The notes under the pieces: generated by a model
Database searches by the model: none
What the model saw: only the letters and a program-made list of their open reading frames with translations
Told to the model about the DNA's origin: nothing
From: an uncultured Actinomycetes bacterium
GTDB taxonomy: Bacteria; Actinomycetota; UBA4738; JBBDTT01
Direction of reading: 5' to 3'
Assembly: GCA_963742735.1 (NCBI GenBank)
Contig: CAVUMN010000004.1
Location: 736,001 to 800,000, forward strand
DNA length: 64,000 nt
Made by a program: the position numbers and the translations under genes
Part shown: piece by piece, positions 38,428 to 48,026 of the stretch
Numbering within the stretch: the stretch's first letter is position 1
Layout of the letters: the number at the start of each line of letters is the position of its first letter

Positions 38428-38459
38428 GGAAACTACGCGTGCGTTTCCTCCCTCGTCAA
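38428..38459 (-). promoter_or_regulatory. Sigma-A-type promoter with overlapping inverted repeat
   Basis: TTGACG-N18-TAGTTT, with GGAAAC-N9-GTTTCC (38428-38448) spanning the -10 box. Confidence 0.55.
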
Positions 38460-40688
38460 GACCTCGACGACGGCCGTGTAGTCGGGGATCTTGCACTCCG
38501 GGTCGTAGCGTCCCGTGGCCAGCACGGCGTTCCCCTCGGGGAAGAACACCTGCACGTTTCCCGGCTTGATCGCGGCCACCTTCACCCGCGCCGGCATCTC
38601 GCCGTGCTCCGAGCGAAGGGTCACCGGGTCTCCCTCCCGCAGCCCCAGCCGCGCCGCGTCCTCGCCGGCCAGGAAGACCGCGTCGCGCTTCGCGCCGGTC
38701 AGGGGGTCCTTCGGCTTGTGGACGATCGTGTTGAACTGCTTTCCCCGGCGCGTGGAGAGCAGGAAGCGGCCTTCCGGGATGTCCATCTCCGGCGGGGAGA
38801 CCGGCGTGAACCGAGCCCGGCCGTCGGGGGTCGGGAACGTCCACCCCTCGCACAGCCGGGCCCCGCCCCACTGGACCTGGTCACCGGTCGTCCGCAGGTC
38901 CTGGATGCCCTCGTAGAACGGGACCACGCGGGCGATCTCCTCCCGGATGGCCTGCGCGTCGGCGAACTCGACCAGGCCGGCCCGATCGGGATCCACGTGG
39001 CGCGCGAGGTCCAGCATGATGTCCCACTCGGCGCGCGCCTCGCCGATGCGCGGGCCCGGGATCTCGGGCGAGAACGCGATCCGGCGCTCGGTGGTCGTCT
39101 CCGTGCCGCCGCCGGGCTGCTCGTAGCGGGTCATGGCCGGCAGCAGGATCACCTCCTCGCCGGGCTCCACCAGCATCTGCGAGGACACCACGATGTCCTG
39201 GTGCACGCGAAGCGGAACGCGCTCGAGCGCCTCCCGCGTGAGCGGCGGGTCGGGGAGGACGTCCAGGAAGTTGCCCCCGCTCGAGTACAGGACGTCGAGG
39301 CCGCCGCGGTGGGCGGCGGCGACCATCTCCGCCGCGGTGAGCCCGGGCGCGCCGCCGACCTCGAAGCCGTAGCGACCGGAGAGCTCGGCCGCCGACTCCG
39401 GGGTGATGGGGATGCCGCCCGGGAGCACGGTGGCGTACGCGCCCATCTCGGCGCCGCCCTGGACCCCCGAGTGGCCGCGGATCGGCATGAGCCCCGCGCC
39501 CGGCCGGCCGATGTTCCCCCGCGCGAGCCCGAGGTTCACGATCGCCCGGACGTTGTCCGTGCCGAACCGGTGCTGGGTCATCCCCATCGACCACACCAGG
39601 ACGGCCGAGCCCGCCTCCGCGTACATCCGGGCGAATCGCTCCATGTCCGCTCGCGACGCGCCCGACAGCCGCTCCAGGTCCTCGAACGCCTGGCCGTCGA
39701 GCGACGCCTGAAGCTCGGCGAACCCCGTCGTTCGCTCCAGGAACGAGGAGTCGAACAGGCTCCACTCCAGCAGGACCTTCATCACGCCGTTGATGAACGC
39801 GACGTCGCCGCCGGTGTGCACCTGGAAGAACGCGTCCGTCATCTTCGTGCCGAACATCGCGCTCTCGATGTTCGAGGGCACCCAGTACCGCTCCAGGCCG
39901 GGCTCGCGGTACGGGTTCACCACCGCGACCTTCGTGCCGCGCTTGCGCGCCAGGTAGAGGTACTTCATGAACACCGGCTGCGCGTTCGCGACGTCGGAGC
40001 CGAACAGCACGACCAGGTCCGACTCGATGACGTCGCCGTAGGAGATCGTGGTGGCCGCGACGCCGATGGCGTCCTTCAGGGCGGCCGTGGAGGGCGCGTG
40101 GCAGACCCGCGCCGCGTTGTCGACATTGTTGGTGCCCAGGAACCGGGCCACCTTCTGGGCGACGTAGTAGACCTCGTTGGTGATCCCGCGGGCGGTCAGG
40201 TAGAAGCCGATCCGCTCGGGGCCGGCGGCCCGGATCCGCTCGGCGATCCGAGACAGCGCGTCCTCCCACGTGATCCGCGCGAAGCCCGGCTCACCGCGGC
40301 GGCGGAGCATCGGGTACGGGAGCCGTCCCAGCGCGCGAAGGTCGGGGCCGGTCCGCTCGCGCAGGGCGGGGACGTCGGCGAGGACCGCCGGGTCCAGCGC
40401 GCTCATCGTGTTGAGGCGCAGAAGGTTCAGCCGCGTCGTGCACAGGTGGACGCCCTCGATCGTCCAGTCCTTGAACCCGGCGACGCCCAGCGCGCATCCG
40501 TCGCACACGCCGTGCTTCAGGATCCGCCACGCGTAGCCGAGGGCGTCGCGGTTGTCGATGGCGGTGCGGAGCATCTCGCCGTAGTGGTTCGGCTTGACCT
40601 CGCCGATGCCGTTCGGCTTCCACCCGGCCCACAGCCGCGGCTTGAGGCGCTTCGGGGCCTTGACCTTGTGGGCCGGGCGGTCAGGCAT
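38433..40688 (-). CDS. FdhF/YdeP family molybdopterin oxidoreductase (Cys ligand)
   Basis: CDGCALG, NNVDNAARVCHAPS, WSMGMTQH, PIRGHSGVQG and STRRGKQFN. Confidence 0.92.
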   Translation of the reverse strand: MPDRPAHKVKAPKRLKPRLWAGWKPNGIGEVKPNHYGEMLRTAIDNRDALGYAWRILKHGVCDGCALGVAGFKDWTIEGVHLCTTRLNLLRLNTMSALDPAVLADVPALRERTGPDLRALGRLPYPMLRRRGEPGFARITWEDALSRIAERIRAAGPERIGFYLTARGITNEVYYVAQKVARFLGTNNVDNAARVCHAPSTAALKDAIGVAATTISYGDVIESDLVVLFGSDVANAQPVFMKYLYLARKRGTKVAVVNPYREPGLERYWVPSNIESAMFGTKMTDAFFQVHTGGDVAFINGVMKVLLEWSLFDSSFLERTTGFAELQASLDGQAFEDLERLSGASRADMERFARMYAEAGSAVLVWSMGMTQHRFGTDNVRAIVNLGLARGNIGRPGAGLMPIRGHSGVQGGAEMGAYATVLPGGIPITPESAAELSGRYGFEVGGAPGLTAAEMVAAAHRGGLDVLYSSGGNFLDVLPDPPLTREALERVPLRVHQDIVVSSQMLVEPGEEVILLPAMTRYEQPGGGTETTTERRIAFSPEIPGPRIGEARAEWDIMLDLARHVDPDRAGLVEFADAQAIREEIARVVPFYEGIQDLRTTGDQVQWGGARLCEGWTFPTPDGRARFTPVSPPEMDIPEGRFLLSTRRGKQFNTIVHKPKDPLTGAKRDAVFLAGEDAARLGLREGDPVTLRSEHGEMPARVKVAAIKPGNVQVFFPEGNAVLATGRYDPECKIPDYTAVVEVLTREETHA

Positions 40689-42081
40689 CCAGCCGGATTC
40701 GCTCGGGGTGGGCGTAGACGTTGAACCGCTCGCCGCGCAGGAAGCCGACCACGGTCATGCCGAGGTGCTCGGCCGCGCGGACGGCCAGGCTGGAGGGCGC
40801 CGAGACCGCGGCGACGATCGGGATGCCGGCCACCGCGGCCTTCTGGACGATCTCGAACGAGGCTCGTCCGGAGACCATCAGGACACCGTGGGACAGCGGG
40901 ATCGCGCCGGCAAGCAGCCGCTCGCCGGCCACCTTGTCGACCGCGTTGTGGCGCCCGACGTCCTCGCGGAGCGTGACCAGGCGGCCGTCCGGATCGAACA
41001 GCCCCGCGGCGTGCAGACCGCCCGTCTCCTCGAACATCGGCTGGGCTGCCCGGAGCGTCTCCGGGAGGCCGAGCAACGTGGAGCCGGGAAGGACGGGCCC
41101 GTCGCCGAGGGCCGCGCACCGGACCTCGACCTGCTCCAGGCTGGCCTTGCCGCAGATGCCGCACGAGGACGTCGTGTACGTGTTGCGCCGGACCGACTCC
41201 GCGTCGAACGGGCGTCGCAGGCGGACGGTGACCACGTTGTAGTGCTGCTCGTCGGGTGGGAGCTCGCAGTAGGCGAGCGTGTCGATCTCCTCGCGCGAGG
41301 TGATCAGCCCCTCGGTCAGCAGGAAGCCGGCGGCGAGCTCGAAGTCGGCGCCGGGGGTGCGCATGGTGATCGCGACCGCGGAGGGCTCCCGGCCCGGGCC
41401 GCCCACGCGGATCTCCATCGGCTCCTCGGCGGCGAGCCGGTCGCCCCGTTCCTCCCCTCGGCCGCCCTCGACCGAGAGCACGCGCGCGTTCGTCACGTTG
41501 CGCCGAAGCGGAGCGTCGATCATCGGGGGCGAGTGTCCCAGACGTGCCCGGACCCGGGCGAGGTCGCCGGGCGTGTCCACGTCCTCGAGCACGGCCCCGT
41601 CGATCTCCACGGCCGCCGGCGAGATCGCCTCGAGCAGGTCTCGCATGGCGCGCTTGCCGTCGCGCGCGAGCTCCACCGCCACGTCGAGGTCTTCCGGCGA
41701 GTACCGCGCGCACAGCGGCTGGGCGATCCCGTCCACGACGGGGACGACGGAGCCGCCCGGCGCCGCCGCCAGGGCGTGGAGCGCCGCGTCGTCGACCAGC
41801 GGCATGTCGGCCGCGAGGACGAGCACCGCGCCCGAGTGACCCCGGCCGCGAAGGGCCAGCCATCCGGCGGCGATCGCGGCGAGGGGGCCCTGTCCGGGGG
41901 GCTCCTCGCGGACGGCCTCCAGGCCCGATCGCCCGGGCCCGACCTCCAGCGCCGGCTCGGCGACCGCGGAGAGCACGCGCGCCCCGCGGGCGGCGAGCGT
42001 CTCGCCCCCGAGCACGATGGCGGCCTTGTCGGCGCCCATCCGCCGGCTCGCCCCGCCCGTCAACAGCAGCCCCGCGACCAC
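40681..42081 (-). CDS. fdhD: MobA-like molybdenum cofactor guanylyltransferase fused in frame to FdhD sulfurtransferase
   Basis: MobA part has LLTGGASRRMGADK, GQGPLA, AADMP and DVDTPGDL. FdhD part has EEPMEIR, MRTPG, SSCGICG, TGGLHAA and EDVGRHNAVDK. Confidence 0.88.
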   Translation of the reverse strand: MVAGLLLTGGASRRMGADKAAIVLGGETLAARGARVLSAVAEPALEVGPGRSGLEAVREEPPGQGPLAAIAAGWLALRGRGHSGAVLVLAADMPLVDDAALHALAAAPGGSVVPVVDGIAQPLCARYSPEDLDVAVELARDGKRAMRDLLEAISPAAVEIDGAVLEDVDTPGDLARVRARLGHSPPMIDAPLRRNVTNARVLSVEGGRGEERGDRLAAEEPMEIRVGGPGREPSAVAITMRTPGADFELAAGFLLTEGLITSREEIDTLAYCELPPDEQHYNVVTVRLRRPFDAESVRRNTYTTSSCGICGKASLEQVEVRCAALGDGPVLPGSTLLGLPETLRAAQPMFEETGGLHAAGLFDPDGRLVTLREDVGRHNAVDKVAGERLLAGAIPLSHGVLMVSGRASFEIVQKAAVAGIPIVAAVSAPSSLAVRAAEHLGMTVVGFLRGERFNVYAHPERIRLDA

Positions 42082-42133
42082 GGGGACGAGTCTCCGCCAT
42101 CCCGGTCCGTCCGGTCGACTAGCCTCCTGGTTC

Positions 42134-42397
42134 GTGGAGTGGCCGGAGCGGTTCGCCGAGCAGCTCGCCGCCGCGGCGAGCGAGGAGCTCACCCTCACCA
42201 AGGCAGAGGAGGCGATCGTCCTCCGCCTTGCCCGCGAGGTCGCCCACCGGACCGACGACCGGAAGAACGCGCCGGTCGCGTCCTACCTGGTGGGCCGGTT
42301 CGTGGCCGCGCGCGTCCGCGCCGGGGCGTCTCCACGCGAGGCGCTCGACGAGGCCACCGCCCTGGCCGAGCGGCTGCTGCCGCCTCCGGTGGAGTGA
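42134..42397 (+). CDS. DUF6457-like small protein (often MobA-associated)
   Basis: VLRLAREVAH...RKNAPVASYLVG; divergent from mobA; TAGCCT 8 nt before the GTG. Confidence 0.75.
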   Translation: MEWPERFAEQLAAAASEELTLTKAEEAIVLRLAREVAHRTDDRKNAPVASYLVGRFVAARVRAGASPREALDEATALAERLLPPPVE

Positions 42398-43947
42398 AGG
42401 CCGCGCCGACGCGCCTGGGCGACCTCGCCGAGGCGTCCTCGGCGGTCACCGCCGCCTCCGGGCGCCTGGAGAAGATCCGGCTGCTCGCCGACCTGCTGTC
42501 CCGCCTCCGGCCCCAGGAGGTCGAGACCGCGGTGGCGTATCTCTCCGGCTTCCTGCCGCAGGGGACGATCGGCGTCGGGTGGGCGGCCTTGCGCGACGTT
42601 CCGCGACCCGCGGCCGATCCGTCCCTCACCGTCGCGGAGGTCGACGCGATCCTGCGGGAGATCCAGGCGACGACCGGGCCGGGCTCGGTGGCCCGGCGCC
42701 GGGAGCTGATCCACGACCTGTTCGGACGGGCCACCGAGCCGGAGCGCCGGTTCCTGCTGGGGCTGCTGTCGGGCGAGCTCCGACAGGGCGCGCTGGAGGG
42801 CGTGATGATCGAGGCCGTGGCCCGTGCGGCCGGCGTCCCCGCGGCGGCCGTCCGGCGGGCCCGGATGCTGGCGGGCGAGCTCGGGCCGGTGGCCCGGGCC
42901 GCGATCGAGTCCGGCGAAGCGGGCCTCGGGACGTACGGGTTGGAGCTCCTCCGGCCGATCCAGCCGATGCTCGCGAAGACCGCCGACTCACTGGCCGAGG
43001 CCATCGAGAAGCTGGCGCCCGCCGCGGTGGAGTGGAAGCTCGACGGCGTCCGCGTGCAGGTCCACCGGGTGGGGGACGAGGTCCGGGCGTACACGCGGAA
43101 CCTGGCCGACGTCACCGACCGCCTCCCAGAGCTGGTGCAGGAGGTCCTGGCACTGATGTGCGAGTCGGTGATCCTGGACGGCGAGGCGATCGCGCTGCTC
43201 GACGACGGCCGCCCTCGCGCGTTCCAGGAGTCGATGAGCCGGTTCGGCTCGCGGACCGAGGTCGAGGCCCAGCGCAGGCGGATGCCGCTGTCGGCCGCGT
43301 ACTTCGACTGCCTGCACCTGGACGGCGAGGACCTCATCGACCGGCCCCTGGCCGAGCGCGTCGTCGCCCTCGATCGCGTGGTCCCCGAGAAGCTGCGCAT
43401 CCCCCGCAGGGCGTGCTCCGAGGTCGGCGACGCCGAGCCGGTGCTGAAGGAGGCCCTCGCCGCCGGCCACGAGGGCGTGATGGTGAAGGCCCTCGACGGG
43501 CCCTACGAGGCCGGCCGCCGCGGCGCCGGGTGGCTCAAGGTCAAGCCCGCGAAGACGCTCGACCTGGTCGTGCTCGCAGCCGAGTGGGGCCACGGCCGGC
43601 GGCAGGGGTGGCTGAGCAACCTGCACCTCGGCGCGCGCGACCCCGGTTCGCCCGGTGGCTTCGCCATGCTCGGCAAGACGTTCAAGGGGATGACCGACGA
43701 GATGCTCGCCTGGCAGACCGAGCGCCTCCAGGAGCTCGAGACCCACCGCGACGGCATCACGGTGTACGTCCGGCCCGAGCTCGTGGTCGAGGTCGCGGTG
43801 GACGGGGTCCAGACGAGCACGAAGTACCCGAGCGGGATGGCCCTTCGGTTCGCGCGCATCAAGGGCTATCGGCACGACAAGGGACCGGAGGACGCCGACA
43901 CGATCGAGACCGTTCGGGCGATCCACGCGGGAGGATCCGGCTCGTGA
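42394..43947 (+). CDS. ligB: ATP-dependent DNA ligase (LigB-type)
   Basis: PMLA, EWKLDGVR (KxDG), LDGE, FDCL, EGVMVK, YEAGRRGAGWLKVK and LRFARI. Confidence 0.93.
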   Translation: MKAAPTRLGDLAEASSAVTAASGRLEKIRLLADLLSRLRPQEVETAVAYLSGFLPQGTIGVGWAALRDVPRPAADPSLTVAEVDAILREIQATTGPGSVARRRELIHDLFGRATEPERRFLLGLLSGELRQGALEGVMIEAVARAAGVPAAAVRRARMLAGELGPVARAAIESGEAGLGTYGLELLRPIQPMLAKTADSLAEAIEKLAPAAVEWKLDGVRVQVHRVGDEVRAYTRNLADVTDRLPELVQEVLALMCESVILDGEAIALLDDGRPRAFQESMSRFGSRTEVEAQRRRMPLSAAYFDCLHLDGEDLIDRPLAERVVALDRVVPEKLRIPRRACSEVGDAEPVLKEALAAGHEGVMVKALDGPYEAGRRGAGWLKVKPAKTLDLVVLAAEWGHGRRQGWLSNLHLGARDPGSPGGFAMLGKTFKGMTDEMLAWQTERLQELETHRDGITVYVRPELVVEVAVDGVQTSTKYPSGMALRFARIKGYRHDKGPEDADTIETVRAIHAGGSGS

Positions 43948-44213
43948 ACGCCGAGAGCGTCCTGGCCGTGGTCGCCGCGTCCTACGGCGTGGTGATGGCC
44001 GTCTCGCCGGTGCTGCAGATCCGGCGCATCCTCCGGCTGCGGTCCTCGGAGGACGTCTCGGTCGGCTACCTGGCCGTGATCACCGTCGGCTTTGCGATCT
44101 GGACCACCTACGGCGCCGTCATCGGCGTCCCGGCGCTCGTGATCGCGAACAGCGTCGCCCTCGTGGTCGGCGTGGTCACGATCCTGGTGGCCCGCCGGTT
44201 CCGGAGCCGCTGA
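43944..44213 (+). CDS. SemiSWEET / PQ-loop family small transporter
   Basis: 89 aa with three TM segments; SPVLQIRRILRLRSSEDVS, WTTYG and VIANSV. Confidence 0.82.
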   Translation: MNAESVLAVVAASYGVVMAVSPVLQIRRILRLRSSEDVSVGYLAVITVGFAIWTTYGAVIGVPALVIANSVALVVGVVTILVARRFRSR

Positions 44214-45021
44214 GCAGCCGGGCGGCGGTGCCGCCCAGGAACGCCTCCATGGCGGGCTCGGACAGCGGCAGCGACCGTGCCGCCTCGAGGGCCTTCGGCA
44301 TCGGCAGGAAGGGATGGTCCGAGCCGTAGAGGACCTTCCCGATCCCGCGGGAGGAGTCCATGAACCGCGCCAGGCCGGGGTCCAGGTACTTCGAGGAGTA
44401 GGCCGTGGTGGACAGGTACAGGTTCGGCCACTTCATCATGTACTGGATCAGCAGCGCCTCGTACGGGTGGCCCATGTGGGCGCCAATCACCACCAGGTCG
44501 GGGAAGTCGAGCAGGACGTCCTCGAGCAGGACCGGGTCCTGGCAGCCCGAGCGGACGAGCGGTCCGGGAATCCCGACGTTGATCGCGACCGGGAGCCCGA
44601 GGTCCTCGCAGGCCGCGTACACCGGGTAGTAGAGCGGCGCGTTGATCGGGTGCTGCTCGACGAGGGGCGCGACCCGGATCATCACCAACCCCGGGTGCTG
44701 CGCCACCTCGCGGATCCTGGCGACGTTGCGGGTGGGCTTCGTGGCCTGGTCGACCATCGCCGCGACGAGCAGCCGGTCATCGAAGCGGCCGGCGAGCTCG
44801 AGCATCCCCTCGGTCCCCGACGAAAGCGCGGCCGTCAGCACGCCCTGCGTGACGCCGAGGGCGTCCATCAGCTCGAGGGTCTCCTCGGCGCCGGTCCCGC
44901 TGGAGACGTCGCTGCCGAAGAACTCCTCGATCCGGCGGTTCTGCTCCTGGTTCAGGAACGTCCGGGCGTCGTCGCGGCCGAGGAGGTTCACCCAGATGTC
45001 GATCACGGTCGGGTCGGCCAT
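44176..45021 (-). CDS. Amidohydrolase_2 family protein
   Basis: YYPVYAAC, VIGAHMGHP, WPNLY, KVLYGSDHP and FLGGTAARL. Confidence 0.88.
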   Translation of the reverse strand: MADPTVIDIWVNLLGRDDARTFLNQEQNRRIEEFFGSDVSSGTGAEETLELMDALGVTQGVLTAALSSGTEGMLELAGRFDDRLLVAAMVDQATKPTRNVARIREVAQHPGLVMIRVAPLVEQHPINAPLYYPVYAACEDLGLPVAINVGIPGPLVRSGCQDPVLLEDVLLDFPDLVVIGAHMGHPYEALLIQYMMKWPNLYLSTTAYSSKYLDPGLARFMDSSRGIGKVLYGSDHPFLPMPKALEAARSLPLSEPAMEAFLGGTAARLLSGSGTGGPPGS

Positions 45022-45047
45022 CGGCGAACCCTACCCGGACGCGACGG

Positions 45048-45725
45048 CTAGGTCTGCGACCGTCGTCGAGCCAGGAGGGTGCCGCCGACGGTGACCACGA
45101 GCAGGGCCGCGACGATGGCCGCGATGCCTCCTCCGCCCAGGCCGCCATCGTCATCCGCCGGCCGGGCCACCACCGTCGGACCGGTGGTGGTGGTGATCGG
45201 GGTCCGAGACGGGGACGCGGCGGGCGTCGTCGCGGTGGCGGTCGGCGAGGCGCTCGGCGTGGTCATGGTGGGGATCGGGCTCGGCGGAGGCGGGGGTGGT
45301 GCGTCGTTGTCCTGGATCGTGATCGTCGAGGGATCGTCGACGTCGTAGCTGGGATTCGGGGCGCACCCCGCAGGGTCGTGCAGCCGCACGCGGAACGTTT
45401 CGTTGGGCTCGTCCGTGGCGTCGTTCGTCACCGGCACGGACAACGACATCGAGATCTGGGCCCCGTAGCTGAGCGTTCCGCTCCGAGCCGAGTAGTCCTG
45501 TCCGGCCTTCGCCGTCCCGTCCACCGTCTGGTACCGGATGCTGCTGGACGCGAACCCGGCGTCCCGGCTGACGGTGATCGTGACGCTGCCGGCGCCCTCC
45601 GAGACCGAGTACGCGTCCCGGTCGAACGTGAACTGATGGCACGCCGCGCTCGCGGGAGTCGCGGGCCACACGCCGAACGCCCCCATCACCGCCAGAAGGA
45701 TCAGGATCCGAGCCGGCCGGTTCAT
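45048..45725 (-). CDS. Calx-beta domain surface protein with Pro/Thr linker and C-terminal anchor
   Basis: Signal peptide; YSVSEGAG...VDGTAKAGQDY...DEPNETFRVRL...ITIQDND; TM segment followed by RRR. Confidence 0.85.
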   Translation of the reverse strand: MNRPARILILLAVMGAFGVWPATPASAACHQFTFDRDAYSVSEGAGSVTITVSRDAGFASSSIRYQTVDGTAKAGQDYSARSGTLSYGAQISMSLSVPVTNDATDEPNETFRVRLHDPAGCAPNPSYDVDDPSTITIQDNDAPPPPPPSPIPTMTTPSASPTATATTPAASPSRTPITTTTGPTVVARPADDDGGLGGGGIAAIVAALLVVTVGGTLLARRRSQT

Positions 45726-45780
45726 ACGTCCCTCCCTGGTCCGCCTAGTTTGCACCCCAGGGCGGAGTTGGGGGATCGAG

Positions 45781-47124
45781 TCAGCCGCGGTAGAAGGGGC
45801 TCGCGTAGGCGACGACGCCCCCGTGGGCGCGGTACGGCGCGGTCGCCTTGGGGTCCGGCTTGCGAGCGGGGTCGGTGATCCGCAGGAACATCCAGTCCTC
45901 GGCACCCCGGACGGTGAACCGCACCGGAGGGTCGTTCGGACGAGGGACCCGGATCTCGACGGCCTCGGCGATCTCTGGGCCGGACGTGATGGCCTCCACG
46001 ATCAGCCGTCGCCCGGTCCACGCCGGACCGCGGTCGATGTCGAGCCGCACCTGCAGGCGGCCCCAGTCCCGCTTCACGACGCCGCCCATCGGCACCCCGT
46101 TCGCGGAGGCGTCCAGGCGGAGGCCGGCCTCGAACGTCGCGAAGGTACGTCGCGCCTCGAGCGCCTCGCGGACGCCCGTCCGGGTGAGCTTGGTGACCCA
46201 CAGGCCGCCGCGGGCCCGGCCCGGCCGGCCGTAGGGCGGGCCGTGTTCGTCGCTGACGCCGAGGAATCCCACCCGCCAGCCCGCGTTCAGGCATGCGTCG
46301 AAGGGGTTGCGCCGGCCCCGGTCGGCGTCGAACCAGAAGAAGTCGCGGTCCCGGTTGAGGGCCTCGAACTGGACCATCCTTGCGGCGGCTGCGGTGTCGT
46401 ACGCGAAGTCGTCGAAGGTCCCGAACTCGTTCGGGTGGTTGAAGCAGCCGATGCCGTCGCTGCCGCCTCCCTGGACCGGGCGGTCGGGCGAGGACGCCAG
46501 CCAGTCCCAGAACCCGTCCATGTTCGCGATGTCGGGGGTGTCCTCGAAGTTGTCGACGATCTCCGAAGGCAGCCCGATGCGGTCGGCCTCGGCGGCGGCC
46601 GGCGGCGTGAAGAACGCGTTCTGGTGCAGGGCGTCGGTGAACTCGCGCGAGTACCACACGTTGATGTGGCCGATCGTGGGCGTGCTCCACTCGAACCCGG
46701 GGACGACCACGAACGACCCCGGCCGGTCGAAGCGATCGGCCACGGCCTTCACGGCCTCCCAGTCGGTCTGGTTGATGCCCTCGATGATCCGACAGGGAGC
46801 CTCGTGGTCGCCGCAGGTCACCTCGCCGTGGTCCTTGCCGGAGATGGCGTGCTCGGTGAGCGAGGCGACATCCAGGCCGTGCCGGCGCATGTCCGTGTAC
46901 GCGACCTCGGGCGAGCCGGCCGCGTCACCCGAGATCAGCGTGTGGTTGTGCAGGTCTGAGTGGACGAGGAACCGCCCGCCGCGGGGAAACACCTTCGACC
47001 GGCGTGAGGCCCCTCTGGCCACCCCGCCGAGCGGCGTCGCCAGGGCATGCAGCGGCCGCATCGCGAGAAGGCCGCCGAGCCCGGCGAGCCCCGTGAGCAT
47101 CGAACGCCTGCTGATCTGACCCAT
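45781..47124 (-). CDS. Tat-exported PHP-domain metallohydrolase (CehA/McbA/DUF3604-like)
   Basis: SRRSML twin-arginine signal; DLHNHT, TEH, GFEWS, GHINV, NHP and SDEH. Confidence 0.8.
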   Translation of the reverse strand: MGQISRRSMLTGLAGLGGLLAMRPLHALATPLGGVARGASRRSKVFPRGGRFLVHSDLHNHTLISGDAAGSPEVAYTDMRRHGLDVASLTEHAISGKDHGEVTCGDHEAPCRIIEGINQTDWEAVKAVADRFDRPGSFVVVPGFEWSTPTIGHINVWYSREFTDALHQNAFFTPPAAAEADRIGLPSEIVDNFEDTPDIANMDGFWDWLASSPDRPVQGGGSDGIGCFNHPNEFGTFDDFAYDTAAAARMVQFEALNRDRDFFWFDADRGRRNPFDACLNAGWRVGFLGVSDEHGPPYGRPGRARGGLWVTKLTRTGVREALEARRTFATFEAGLRLDASANGVPMGGVVKRDWGRLQVRLDIDRGPAWTGRRLIVEAITSGPEIAEAVEIRVPRPNDPPVRFTVRGAEDWMFLRITDPARKPDPKATAPYRAHGGVVAYASPFYRG

Positions 47125-47206
47125 GTCCCCGTAGGGATTCGCCGAACGGAGCGCCGGCCCTTCCCCACGAAGCGGGCGGGGGGAGCGGATAGACTGCCCC
47201 TGGATC

Positions 47207-47962
47207 ATGGTCGAATCGGCCACCAACGGGCGCCTGATCGAGGTCGACGGGGTTCGCAAGGCCTTCGACTCGCACGTGGTCCTCGACGGCATCGACCTCC
47301 TGGTCGATCGCGGGCAGGTGATCGTGATCGCCGGGCCCTCCGGATCCGGCAAGTCGACGCTCCTGCGATGCATCAACGGCCTCGAGCCGATCGACGAGGG
47401 AACCATCCGGTTCGAGGGCCGCCCGGTCCTCGCCTCCGACAAGGCCGTCCACCGGCTGCGCGCCGACATCGGCATGGTCTTTCAGTCCTTCAACTTGTTT
47501 CCGCATCGCTCCGTCATGGACAACATCACCCTGGCCCCGGTCGAGGTCCGGGGGCTCGGCCGGGAGGAGGCCGCGGAGCGCGCCCGCTCCCTGCTCGAGC
47601 GGGTGGGTATCCCGGAGAAGGCCGGCGAATATCCCGCGGACCTCTCCGGAGGACAGCAGCAGCGGGTGGCGATCGCGCGGGCCCTGGCCATGGAGCCCAA
47701 GCTGATGCTGTTCGACGAGCCGACGTCGGCGCTGGACCCCGAGATGATCCGCGAGGTCCTCGACGTGATGCGGGATCTGGCCCGCGACGGGATGACCATG
47801 CTGGTCGTCACCCACGAGATGGGGTTCGCCCGGGAGGTGGGCGACCGCCTGGTCTTCATCGACGAGGGGCGGATCGTCGAGGACGCCCCGCCGAAGGAGT
47901 TCTTCGAGGGCGCCCAAAGCGAGCGCGCCCGCGAATTCGTGGACAAGATCATCCACCACTAG
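47207..47962 (+). CDS. Polar amino acid ABC transporter ATP-binding protein (GluA-like)
   Basis: GPSGSGKST, LSGGQQQR, FDEPTSALDPE and VTHEMGFA. Confidence 0.95.
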   Translation: MVESATNGRLIEVDGVRKAFDSHVVLDGIDLLVDRGQVIVIAGPSGSGKSTLLRCINGLEPIDEGTIRFEGRPVLASDKAVHRLRADIGMVFQSFNLFPHRSVMDNITLAPVEVRGLGREEAAERARSLLERVGIPEKAGEYPADLSGGQQQRVAIARALAMEPKLMLFDEPTSALDPEMIREVLDVMRDLARDGMTMLVVTHEMGFAREVGDRLVFIDEGRIVEDAPPKEFFEGAQSERAREFVDKIIHH

Positions 47963-48026
47963 ACCGGTCGCCCCACGACGGACGCCCCAGCGAGCCGGCC
48001 GCACCACGGCCGGGAGGGAGGTTCGG

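Noticed and set aside
38433-40688. Possible selenocysteine formate dehydrogenase, given selC nearby
   Set aside because: The ORF has no in-frame TGA and the ligand motif is RVCH (Cys). MsrB also uses Cys. I found no UGA-readthrough candidate in the window.
36984-40724. 1246-aa plus-strand ORF and similar long ORFs (1104-3803, 33119-35806, 57411-59906, 25039-27474)
   Set aside because: These are antisense shadows of real genes. High GC3 suppresses stops, and the translations are Arg/Gly/Pro-rich with no motifs.
40594-43947. 1117-aa ORF suggesting a giant ligase fusion
   Set aside because: The N-terminal 600 aa are the antisense of mobA-fdhD. Ligase homology starts at GTG 42394.
44176-44213. 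Short convergent overlaps (also 19875-19888 and 59714-59741) as antisense regulation
   Set aside because: Short 3' overlaps are routine in compact high-GC genomes and show no extra structure.
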